This document shows, in pieces, positions 26,652 to 39,579 of a stretch of DNA of 64,000 bases. The stretch covers positions 89,547,767-89,611,766 of the forward strand of contig NC_068982.1 of assembly GCF_001194135.2 (NCBI RefSeq), given 5' to 3'. The notes under the pieces were generated by a model. That model had not been told where the DNA came from. It did no database searches and saw nothing but the letters and a program-made list of their open reading frames with translations. The position numbers and the translations under genes are program-made. Origin of the DNA: Octopus bimaculoides. Its lineage: Eukaryota. Each line of letters begins with the position of its first letter. The first letter of the stretch is position 1.

Positions 26652-29600
26652 TTTGTATCTATTGTATATAAGTATGGGTAGGAAGGTGTAAACGTTGATG
26701 AAGGTGGTTGGTAAACCTCTCTCCTTTAACTGAGAGTATTTCTGCTATAGTGTTGATTACTTTTTAATTACAACTCAGGGCAACACTATGTCTATTGATT
26801 TCTAGATTTTTCAGCATCATTGTTAAACCATTAACTTATTTAGATAAGTGAATTTAGATTGTATATTTATACGATCTCTCTGTTTCTTATTTGCCTGTTT
26901 TAAGCTATCTCAGAATGCAAAGAGCCAGAACAAATACCATTAAGTATCAAGTCCAATGTTCTTACAATTCTGCCAGTCCACTAACCTGGATTGCTTTATT
27001 TTATTGACTCTGTAAGAACGAAAGGAGAAGTTGACCTCAGCAGGATTTGAACTCAGAACACTGTTTGTCAGAACACATAACATGAAGCATTCTATTTGAT
27101 GCATTAATGGCACTGATAATTTACCACCTAGCTTTGTATTGCTGTTGTTGTTTAGTCCAGATCATCTCTGATTTATAATTAAATGATCCAAGTCCATCAA
27201 ATCAGGTCTAATGTAACTATAACAACTGTATCTGATCAACTTTTTTCTCTGTATGAGTGTGTTTGTGTGTGTGAAAAATATTAAGATGTTTTTGATGCAG
27301 ATTTGGCACATGAAGTTACCATGTAAAAATACCCTAGTTAGATTATTTCTGTCTGGGAAATTTAAGCAAAATACCAAAAAAAAAAGTTTCATCTAATTTC
27401 ATGATATTTGTTGTCTTTATTTTTTTTTTCTTGGTGTAATTATATCATCAATTACATCACAGCTTCTAATTATCTTTATGGGAAAATCTCAATTAATTGG
27501 ATGCAAGGCTACTAAAATGCAAGAAGATGGTGATGTACTTAGTGAAGCACACACGCACAGAAAACATTTTTAATAAATTTGAAATATGTCCTTTAGCTGG
27601 AAGAAAAGTGGAGATAATTTCAAGAAAATAAAAACTCCATGCTTCCCTGGGAGTTACTACTAGGTTTTTGGTTTCTTCCTTTAGTTGAGAGGCAACTTTC
27701 AATTCATTAAGAATATTTTGTATAGGTCATTAAGTACATTACCACTTTGTAGAATTATTTTCATTCAAGTGTTAGATCACTGGAAGTTTTTTTTAGCTCT
27801 TTAGCTCTTTGTTTTTTTCTTGCGCTAATATGATGTATAGGTGCAGGTATAGCAGTGCAATTAAAATGTATACTTTGTAAAAATGATGTTCCACTTTGAG
27901 TCTCACTGCAAAGAACCTTGAGCAAAAAGTGTTTGCTACATTAAATCTAGGCTAGCCAATGCTTTGTGAGTGAATTTGGCAGATGGAAACTGTGAGGAAT
28001 TCTATCATATTTATATACATGACACAGGCATCACTGTGTGGTTAGGAAGTCCGTTTCCTCTCATGGTTTCAGATTGCCTGGGTCTATATCTTCTACTATA
28101 GCCCCAAGTCAACAAAGGCTGTGTAAGTGGATTTGGTAAATGGAAACTAAAAGAAGCCTGTTGTATGTATGTGTATATATCACCATTATCATTGTACACC
28201 CATGTTCCATGCTGACATGGGTTAGACAGTTTGACAGGGATCCAATGTGTCAAGGGCTGCATTGTACTCTAGTGTTTGCTTTGGCATGGTTTCTGCAGTT
28301 AGATGCCCTTCCTAATGTCAATCAATTTACAATGTGTACTGGGTGCTCTTCTTCATGCTTCTGGCACTTTTGAGGTCACTATGCACCTTGCCAGTGTACA
28401 AAACACAAAAAGAGTTTTTCATCCTTATGTTAGATGAGGCTTAAGGCAAGAGAGAAGAAGTTGGGATAGAGCAGGTTCTTGTGGAAGAGCTACATGGCTA
28501 TTCACATTTAGGAAAGAATGAGAGAATGAATTGGTGGTATCTCCAAGGAGATAAATAGGGTGATGAGGGATCCAGGTGACACCTCAAGGTATAAAATGTG
28601 TAGTAGTGGGATATATATATGTATATGATGTGTGTGTGTGTGTGTGTGTGTGAATTCTCTCTGCCCAGTGCAAACATAGAAAGACGAACATTAAGATGAT
28701 GGTAATTTATGTTTTATGTCCCTGTGTTTCAGTGGTTACACAAAAAGAGACCAATAGAATAAGTAGCAAACTTAATAAGTACTGGGGTTGACTGGATCAA
28801 TGCAACCTTTCAAGGCAATGTCCTGGCATGGCACAAGAAAAACAAGAAACAATCAAATACATCACTAATCTGTGTTTTATATTCCGGGGCAAAGAAACAT
28901 TGAAATTATGGCTCAGCAGTTTTATTCTCTAACACCTGTCTAACATTCCCCCACTATTCCTCCACCATATCACCACCACTACCATCATCCTCATTGGAGG
29001 ATAGCATATTCTATATCTTTTGCGTCTCATTCATATTTGAGGTCACTAAAATTGGTGTTGCATTGTAATGCATGTGGATTATATTTACCTAATTTCTCCC
29101 TATCTGTTGTATATTTCCTAATTTCACTGTCCTCCAACAAATGCAGTTATTGCACATACATCATAGTGGCAACCTTTATTTCAATTCAAACACAAAATGT
29201 CACTGATGCCAACAGAGACAGCTATTTGCTAAAATATTTCCATCGATTTTTTTTTTCCCCTTGAGACATCATGGTATCATTAACTCAAGCCCATCATACA
29301 TAAACTGATTGTTATTCTTATATTCATATCTTTGTTGCTGTTGTTATCACTTGGCATAGGGAGTTGAGCTAATAATTCTGCAAATTCAATTGTTATGTGT
29401 AGTTTCAGGCTTTTCAGTTCTAATTTCAAATTTAGCTTCCTTTAGCTTTGCATTGAGTAGAAGAGGCAATGTTGATAATAGTAGGGTTTGAATATAAAAC
29501 AGGAAGGAATAATAGATAAAATACTGGTAGGCGTTTTATCAGAGTTCTACTGTCAAAACTCTTTAAAATATTTCTTACAAAGCACAATAATTCTGAGTTA

Positions 29601-30673
29601 TAAGAGAGAGAAAATGTAATTTTATAAAGTTTTAGTAGCAGATTAAACAGATAGGTTGTGGCGAAAATGAACTGCAAGTTATAAACTTCATCAACATTGT
29701 GATGTCCATTTTTCAAAGCTTGAATGGGTCAGATGAAATTCATCAAGGCAGATTTTTTGTAGTCACCAATCCTCACCTGCTTCCAAGTAACACAATTCCT
29801 ACCCTAGTTCCTTGAACAAGAACAGTACAGTGGCCAGGCATGTTTTCATTGAAGATTGCAAATGAACAACACCACTTGTATTTTGGTAACATTTGTTTGC
29901 AATTAGCACACAACTTCAAGGCAAGGAAACATAAATAGATATATATATGTGTATATATGTATATACATGCATGCACGCACACACACATTTTGTTTGAGCT
30001 TCTACCTATCAAATCCATTCACAAAGCTTTGGTTGGTCCAGGGCTATGGTAAAGGAGACATGCACAAGGTTCCAAGTAGTTAAGAAGCTTACTTCACTAA
30101 TTGTGAAGTAAACTTCTTAACTACACGGCCATGCCAATACCTCAGTCTATACATTTAACTGGTGGCATATTATGTTGACATAAACCACAGGATGTCTGAA
30201 ACAACATTTCAGGGAAAGCATTTAACAGACACTCCATCAGTTATGACAATTGGGGTTACTGTTGATCTGATCAATGGAACAATCTGTTCATAAGATTAAC
30301 ATGCAAGTGGCTGAGCACTCCACAAATATGCAGGCCCTTTACATAGTTCTCAAGGAGTTCAGCATGATATAGTGTGTGACAAGGCTGGTCCTTTGAAATA
30401 CAGGTACTACTCATTTTTGCAAGCTGAGTGAACTGGAGCAACATAAAACAAAGTGTCTTGCTCAAGGACGCATTGTGCCACTGGGAATCGAACTCATGGT
30501 CTTGAGATTGTGAGCCAAATACTGTAACCACTCAGTCATGTGCCTTCACTTGGGGAAATCATTTAGGATTGGATAAAATTACAATAGTAGAAAAGGAAAA
30601 AATAAAAGTTGTGTGGATTGTCACAAAGACAAATATTTTCTAACACTAACAGAAAAGAGCACATTACATGAGA

Positions 30674-30754
30674 CAACATTGAAATACCATCTATATAATA
30701 CAACATTGAAATACCATCTATATAATTCAACATTGACATCTACCATGTGTTTGG
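30674..30754. repeat. Short tandem repeat, about 27-nt unit, 2-3 copies
   Basis: CAACATTGAAATACCATCTATATAA repeated. Confidence 0.8.
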
Positions 30755-32951
30755 TTCCAAAAGCATAAAAAGGATCAATTATTATATAGATAATTAAAAT
30801 ACCATCAGAGCTCACTAAAAGAACTGTTTTAATATACAATGGGGGATTGTCAGTAAACGGAGAGGCCAGCAGTTTATTGGAGAATCAGATATGCCTGAAG
30901 CAGAACTATCAAAGATTTTTGTGATTATTTTACAATAATGGAAAATTATATTTAGAGGAAAATTCAGTAAAAATAAGAAAGAAAATTTGATATTAAAAGC
31001 AGATTTCACACTTTGAAAATTTATCCAAAGATGTAAAACAGTGGAATGAAGCAAATTAGAGAGGTTACACTCAGCAGAGAAATGAATGCCAGTTCATAAC
31101 CAAATATTAGTTGATATGCCAATGTATATGGTATCTGTTTCCAACCACATGAATAAACTGAAGTTTAACTAGGTAGACCAAATACAAGAAATTCTATGAT
31201 CTGATGGCTCAGTATCATATATACTCACTCATTCTACTTCTAATAGGTATGGTAGATCCAATCGTGTAAAATTATAATTATTGGAAAATAAGTATCTCTA
31301 TAATTTATTTTTTCATCAGTAAAGGAGCTAAGCTGAAGCATTGAGTAGCAAGCAATGCATGATCCCTTTCAGGTAGAATGCAGAGGGTTCTGCAGAGCAT
31401 ACAACATGCCAGGCATTAACAGGTACCATTTGGCAGAAGACGATCAAGTTGGCTACGGACACAGCAGAGGTTGCCATCTCAAGGTGGCAATGGATCAGTG
31501 GGTATGAGCCCTAGAAGAGATAGTGGTACCATGAGTAATGCTTACTAGACACGAACTGGAGCTTGATCATACCTGGCAGATCACCTGAGTGCGTCTGTCT
31601 AATTGTCGAAAGACACAAAACACTTAATGACCCCTGGAAATATAATTGATGATGTGTCCAGTTGCATCATAGGATAACATGGAAAAATAACTCTATCAAG
31701 ATTTTAATATCCTTGCTAAATATAGATCATAATATGAAGAGATAATTGATATTTGTCAATAAATAACTGCAGTTAAATAGTCAAACATACATTTCATAAA
31801 ACAACACATATCAAATCATACCAAAGAAAGACAATTCAGTTAAGAAAATAAACAATATTTTCTTTTAATTGAAATGAATATACAATAATAAGAAACTTCA
31901 CAAGAAAAGGACAAAACAATAATGTAACAGCTATTACGATGCCAAATTCTTATCTGGAAATCCTAAGTTTAATGTTGTCCTACAGGAACAATTAACTGAA
32001 AGCCAAACAAGTGAGAAGGAGAATAACATGCAAACAAAAGTCTGAAGGGAAATTAAGAGTAAAATATACAAAGTTAGGATAACCAAGCAGGCAAAAGGTA
32101 AGACAGACAACTTTAAAACATCGGTACAATATAGATAAGAATCAAATCAGAAGGAAAAAATCAAAAATCACACAAATTTAATTACCAAATTGTTTCCGAT
32201 AGAGCTGGCAGCCTGACAGAAGAAGGAAAGAATTTGAAAGAAAATATAACAATATGAAATTGTATATTTCTAGCGGCAAATATTTAAAGACAGAAGACAA
32301 AAAAGAACAGGAAATAATAATGTGCTAGATATTTACTGAAATAAACTCATTAAATATCAAATTATTTGCAAAATGAGACCATAATTATATCTTTATTAGG
32401 ATTTCATCAATGTCTGATTCCTCAAGCTAGGAAAGGAAATCTATTGTTCTGTTCTATTACTCTCATTACCATATATTTGGCTCTGTTCTATGCCATATCT
32501 GTGAACTGCTCATTGACTTCATTAAAGTTTCCTTTCTCATTTGTTCTCTGTTTTGTAATTAATATCAATTTATTGTATCAATAAAATTTCTTTGCACTAA
32601 TTGTTGCTTTTCACTGCTATTATTATGATGATCCCATAACGTGATATAGAAACTGCTGGTAAATAAGTAAAGGGATTTGGGTTGATTGGGTTGGGTTCAT
32701 TTAAAAATAAAAAAATAAAATGTTTTCTTGAACTAGTTCAAGTTGTTGATACATCACAATATTTGAGATTTATTAATATCATAACTTTTCAGCATCATGT
32801 TTAGAGATGAAACACTTTTTTAATTTTTACACCTACAAATTCTGCCAAGATTGACTTTCGCTTTCATCTTTTTGGAGTTGATAAAATAAGTACCAGCTGA
32901 GTACTGGGGTCTATGTAATCGACTTAGCCCCACTCTGAAATTGCTTATATG

Positions 32952-32997
<46 letters not shown>

Positions 32998-33031
32998 TGT
33001 GTGTGTGCATGTGTGTGTGTGTGCATATGTG

Positions 33032-33067
<36 letters not shown>

Positions 33068-36000
33068 TATGTGTGTGTGTTCAAATGAGTGTGTGTTGTG
33101 CATCACACATTTGCATGAATGGTGTTTACATTCCCCGTTGATATTACATCTGGCCACTCTGCACTTTCAAAGAAATCCTTTGCTTGAAAATGGGTAAAGA
33201 TTGCTTACAGAAAGGCCAACCAGCCTAAGAAGCCACTTCAAAATATGTCTCTGTCCAACCCATGCTAGCATGGAAAAGTAGACAAAAAAAATGTTAAAAT
33301 GTGTAAATATATATGTATATAAGTTTTGGTGTGTGTGTGATAGTTGAGATGACTGACATAGATTGAAACATCTCTAAAAACTGGATAAGACAAAAATAAT
33401 ATTAATAATAAAGATAAAGGAAGCCAGAAATGAAGCAGAAGCTGATTGAAGATTATCTATGGAAACAAAGCTTATCAATAAAAGAGGCAATATCCTTTGG
33501 CACATTGATAACTGATCAGATTCTCATTCAATCAATGTTCTAGACATTAGATCTATACATCACCCCAGACTGGTTTCAAATTAGGATACTTGATTTTTAA
33601 ACTGAGTAAAATTTTAATGCGAGATTTTTATTATCCTTTCTTTATTTCAGATAGAATTCATTGATTCTTTTGTATATATTTGCATAAATTATTGATCATG
33701 TTATCCTACTCTTGTTGAACTTGCATTGTAAACATTTCTATAACTCAATCGACATGATTTTAAAATAAGAATGGTTATTCTTTTGACTTGCAGATTAAAG
33801 CACTAAAATAGAATGCCTTGCTTATGAATGTGCATGGGAATAAGGTAGAAATACAAGTAAATCATTTTAGTTGCTCATCCTTATTGCATCAATAACAAAG
33901 GGAAAAAGTAATGTGCTTGAGTGTTTGATCCCACTTGTGTGGTCTTATGTTGTCTGAAAGAAATATTAAGAAATTTTAAGTTGAAAATAAAAATATTGCT
34001 AAGCAAGTCACATGACAAACTCCCTCAACTGAGTGGAGATTTTTATATGTTATGTCTTATGTGTTATGCATTTATATATATGTTATGCCTTTATTCATTT
34101 TAGAAATAAGGAACTGAAGTGTATAGATGTATTTTATTGCATTGTTATGGCTTATGACTATATTGTATTGAAAGGACTGGTTCTTGTCTGATCACCAAAA
34201 TTAATCACCATTGAGCCTTATTAGCATTTACAAGGGTAACTACCTAGGAAACCTAGATGCTATAGGAATTAACATTTGAAGAATAGGCATTAAGAAGTTC
34301 AGTTCTCAAATACATGGTTTGGGCTTCTGTTTCCCTGTGCAAGACCTTGAGCAAGTGTCTTCTTTTATTGCCCTGAGCTGACTAAAACCTTCTGAGTGGA
34401 TTCAGTTGATGGAAACTGAAAACGTATTTGTATATATTATTATCATTGACATCCTCCTTCCATGTTGGCTTGGGTTGGATGGTTTATTAGGATCAGTGAG
34501 GATGACATCAAACTCCATTCTTTTGTTTTGGCATGGTTTCTATGGCTGGATTCTTTTCCTAAATCCAATTACTTTACAGAGTGTTCTAAGTAACTTGTTT
34601 TGTGATAGCAGCACTAGTGAGGTCACTAAGTAACTCATATGACAAGCTCCCTCAAATGAGTAGAGATTTTTTCTGCCTCCTTGTTGAATTTATCTTCCCA
34701 TATAGACCGGTATTGTTTTATTGTCCTGCCAGAGTATCCCACTACCCTTCACACACCAGAATGAGATCTGAGAGTGGTGTTTCCAATAAAGTCACTGACA
34801 TTTTCATCATGCAATTGGTAGTACTGATTTATCTAATCACCAGCAGCAGACCATTTTTTCCTTTTGATCAAACCTGATTAGTATATTTATATACTAAATA
34901 CTTAGACACAGTTATGACTGTGTGATTAGGAAGTTCATTCACAACCACATGGTCTGTGCATCACCATGAGAAAGTAGCTTCTACTATAGTTCCTGGCCAA
35001 CCAGTACCTTGTGAATGATTTGGATAGATGAAAACTGTGTAGAAGCTTATTGTGTGCATTTGTGTTTGTCCCCATACCACTTGACAGTTGGTGCTGGTTT
35101 GTTTACATTCCTGTAACTTAGTGGTTCAACAAAAAAGACCAGTATCACAAGTACCAGACTTAGAATGAAAATAATTTCTGAAATTGCTTTGAATGACTAA
35201 ATCCTTCAGGATTACTGAAACAAGTAAAAGACAAAAGATATGTATATTCTCTTCGTTCTATCAAAGACCTTCTGCCTACCAGATTTACCCACAAGGCTTT
35301 GGTCAGCCCAAGGCTGTATTAGAGGATGCTGCACAGTGAGACTGAATCCAAGGGTGTTCTGAACACATGTCCCTATACAATTTCAATGCATTATCATTCC
35401 GATATAAAGCACATTATGGAAAGATGAGTGTTAAGATTTGAAGTTGAGCTTTCATGGACTTTAGCAAATTTGTATCTATGTGTAACCAGCAACTTCTGAA
35501 GTATGGATGGCCCTTCAGAGTTATTTGGGGATTTCAAATTGTGTCAGTAGAGTCTAATCCTTTGTGACATTGCACACACTGTTGGGGATCTCCCATAATT
35601 CTCTCAAAATACAGTGTAATCAATGCTGAGAGAGTGAAAGAGGGAAGTATCGATCCCATTAAATTATTAGTACTCTATTAATTGACCCTTAAAAGTTGAA
35701 AGGCAAAATTGATTTTGGTAAGATTTGAACTCAGAATGCAGAGAGACAGATCAAATAATGCAAGTAGACATTCTATGTGGCATTCTAAAAACTCTGCCAA
35801 TTCATTGCTTTAAGCAATTTTGTACCTGATGGTAATTAACATTTTACAATCATAGCCATCATTGGCAATGAAAACAGCAGCAGTAGCGATCAACATTAGT
35901 ATCTCCACTAAGCTGCAATTATTAACCTACTGACACACTGTCTCTTCTTTCTATCTGTTCTAGTAGTTCCTGATCCACAACCCTCACACTATCTCTCTTT

Positions 36001-36690
36001 CTCTTATCATTACTACTCTCTCACCAATATGTCAAAGACTTTTTACTCAGCCCTTCCTCCCTGTAACTGAAACTTTTAGTCTCCCCCACCTTCTATTATA
36101 TGATTTTCACAGATATCGATCTACAGATGTTGTAGTAAAAACATTAACTCTTCGTTTTTTCTTGGATTAGGCAATGAAAAATCATGAAAGAAAAAGCCCG
36201 ATCAAAAACCTTTGTAATCAACCGTTAGCTTTTATGTAGTTGTTCAGCCTTCTTTATAAAATAATCAAATGTCCTTCAATTAATTTTATACTCTCTTTAA
36301 AATAAAATAGGAATCATGTGCTTCAGTGCTAATTTTTTTTCTACTGCATTTAATTCTAATTTCTGTAGCTTTAAGAATATGAGAAATAAATATTCCAACT
36401 GAGTTAGATAAAATGTTTGAAATGGCTATTTTAAAAAAATGATAAAATTGGTGTCTATTGTCCTAATCTCTGATTATTGTCAGAGATGTTTTATTCCTGG
36501 ATGTGTTCACTACAGTAGACTGATATCAACGTAAAACATCTTTATTTTAAAATTTACGTTCTTTATCCCCTAGGCAAATGACATTCATGTATGCAAATAT
36601 CCTGATACTCTGCAAAATATTAGAGTATTACTCACAAATGTGGAACATCACAGCTGCTCACTTCAACATAGATGTTCTGTTAGAACATAC

Positions 36691-36853
36691 TATACTGTGG
36701 TAGATATCATGAGAGAAACTCTCATATTGGCTTTTGATGCAAAATGCATTGTTGTTTATATTTGCACCAAAAGCCAATATGAGAATTTCTCTCATGATAT
36801 CTACCACAGTATATATATAATATAGTTTCTCTCATGATATCTACCACAGTATA
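36691..36853. mobile_element. Small TA-flanked MITE with duplicated right TIR
   Basis: 28-nt perfect inverted repeat TATACTGTGGTAGATATCATGAGAGAAA (36691-36718) versus 36786-36813, with a second right copy at 36826-36853. Confidence 0.7.
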
Positions 36854-38037
36854 TATATAGAACATCAACATTTAAGTAGGCATAAATATTACCCCTCAGT
36901 ATTAATACTGCCTCTGTCGTTAATAAATATTACTACTGCTATGCACGCAATCATTTTGGACTGCACTCAAAGAAGCATCACTTGATTGACTGGCATAAAG
37001 TTACAGACCCCTGCCTCTGGCCTACAAGTTTGCTGTCTCCTTTCTCTGCCTTTTCTATCATTTCAGTAATGGCCGCTGCTCTGTTCAATTATTCTTGTTC
37101 CCTACACTAATCCCTACAGTGAAGGCACATGGCATAGTGATTATAGTATTCAGCTCACAATCGTAAGGTTCCCAACAGTTCATTGTGTCCTTGAGCAAGA
37201 TGCTTTATTTCATGTTGCTCCAGTCCACTTAGCTGGCAAAAACTAGTTGTACCTGTATTTTAAAGGGCCAGCCTTGTATCGTTCTGTGTCACACTGAATC
37301 TCCCTGAGAACTACATAAGGAGTACACATGCATGTGGAGTGCTCAGCCACTTGCACACTCCATTGATTGGACCAACTGGAACCCTTGTGATTGTAACCAG
37401 TGGAGTACTAGTTAATGACTATATTTGGGCCTTCCCCTTCAGAACGTTGGCCCTGTGGAATGTCTCCCCTTCTCATGTCTTTTCTGCAAGTAATGACTTA
37501 CAAAAATAGTTAAAGGAATGTTAATGGTATCAATCTCACAAGTGTCAGAAAGCCTAGGGCATAGGCATAATCCCATTCTCCCTCAGACTCAATAAATTAA
37601 AGTTGCAAAATAGGAACCTATGGGACAGGAGTTGAAACAAACACTACATCTCTGCTGTTAGACATCATACCCTTTTGTATTTGAATCTTGGCATTATAAA
37701 TTATAACTGATACAAGTGCATCACATGTATGATGCACTTGTATAGTATAATGTTCACCAGTATGTGTGATATAATGTTCTCCAACATGTGTTGCACAACA
37801 TTCACCAGTATGTGTGTGGTATTTTGTTCACCAGTATATGTGGCATAATGTTTGCCAGCAAGCAGTGATTTTATTAAGACATCATCTCTAAGTGATTGCC
37901 ATCCAAAGTTAACTGAAAAGCTCACTGTGTTGCCATGAGACATAATTATATTCTGCCAGATGTTGAAGTAGTGTTTCAATGTCTTTTTTGTTTTGTTTTT
38001 TAAGCTAGAGATCTATAACCCAGTTCCATACTACATA

Positions 38038-38962
38038 TTGGGTCATCCAATAGATAATGCGTTTTTTTTTTATACTCCTTTTATTTTTCAAAATTAAGAT
38101 AAACAAAATTCTTTTTTAATCTAAAATATACTCTCCTTCATTTTCTACAATGATCTTCCATCTAACTGGTAGACTTGAAAGGCTCCTCTTCCAAAATTCA
38201 CTTGTCCCTGATGAAAAATACTCCTCCAGTATTATTCTCATGTCGTCTACAGAATTCATATTTTCCCCAGCCAAATGATTTTGAAGACTGTGGAATAAAT
38301 AATAATCAGATGGGGTAATGTCCGACAAATATGGTGGGTGGAGCATTGTTTCCCATTCAAACTGCTTCGGCCTTTGGAATGTCATCCTCACTGTATGTGG
38401 CTGAGCATTCTCCTGATGGAAGAACATCTTTCATCTTGAAACCAAAGATGGTTATTTTCCAGTGGCACACAGGCACCGATGAATGGTTGAATGACCAAGT
38501 CCAAGCTTCTCTGCTAGTTCTTCAACAGTTATGATGGGATTTTGTTCAACCAGGGTTTGCAGAATGTTCTCACTGAGCTCTACAGAACTTCCAGGACAAT
38601 GCTCATCTTCTGGGTTGTAGTTTCCGGATCAGAATTTGTGGAACCACCATTGACACTGGCCTACACTTATTGTCCAATTGCCATATACTCCATTAATATT
38701 CCTCACACTTTCTGTTGCAGTGTTGCCTTTACTGAACTCATGAAGCAAAATATGCCGAATATGCTCTTTGTCACTTCCATTATAGATTTGAAAAAATAAC
38801 TGTTAAAATCGAACTGCACTCTTCAAAACTTTCACCAAGAATAAAGACAAGGTAACATTACTACCTGCTTTTATAGCTAGTTGATGCAGGTAGTTTATCC
38901 CAATCCTCTCCAACTTTTAGTTTATGCAATTGAAAAAACGCATTATTTATGGGATGACCCAA
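38038..38962 (-). mobile_element. Internally deleted mariner element with both TIRs
   Basis: TA-TTGGGTCATCC...AATGCGTTTTTT and AAAAAACGCATT...GGATGACCCAA-TA. The N-terminal HTH region is fused to the C-terminal HQENAQPH...HPPYLSDITPSDYYLF (HDNARPH and YSPDLAPSDY motifs). Confidence 0.92.
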
Positions 38963-39579
38963 TACTATCAACTAGAGCCATCTAAGTTAGGCAGAGTTGT
39001 CACCCACAAGTAATGACTGAGGATTCTTCCTGCCTCTGTTGTCATCACTTATCACAAATACTTCTAATAGTGTCATCATCAAAACAATTTATAGCAAAAT
39101 GAAAGACCACTTCCTTATGTGAGGGACACAGTTTGTTGATATAGCAAGCTTCTAATGTTCTCACTTCTGCCCTTACATCTACAGTCATGTCTACTCAATA
39201 CCTAGGGAACAGAACTATAATACTACCTTCTGAATACTATTTCTTCCACTGGGTCAAGACAAATATAAAGAAAAGTACATGCACACAGAAATAGCAGTTT
39301 CAGCAGCCTGGTCTGAGTTGATGGGAGCTAAACAACAACAGCATTAATCTACTTTTAAGATCATTGCTATCAAGTAAGGGAGGGCTCTATACAGTTGCTT
39401 GACCTGCTAGAACTAGTAGCTAAATCACCATTAAAGCACACCCTGCCATTTCAGAAATGGGCACATATAAGAATATGATTCTACACATATGAAAGATGAG
39501 ATGGTCATGGTTGAAATGCCTTTGAGTAATGGGGCTACTTGAACAGGCTTGATCTGGTGCTAAACAACAGCAAAAGTAG

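Noticed and set aside
30674-30754. Direct repeats as a CRISPR-like array
   Set aside because: No unique spacers and a eukaryotic context; an ordinary minisatellite.
31350-31600. GC-richer patch resembling a plus-strand LINE 3' end
   Set aside because: Motifs are too decayed to assign by eye.
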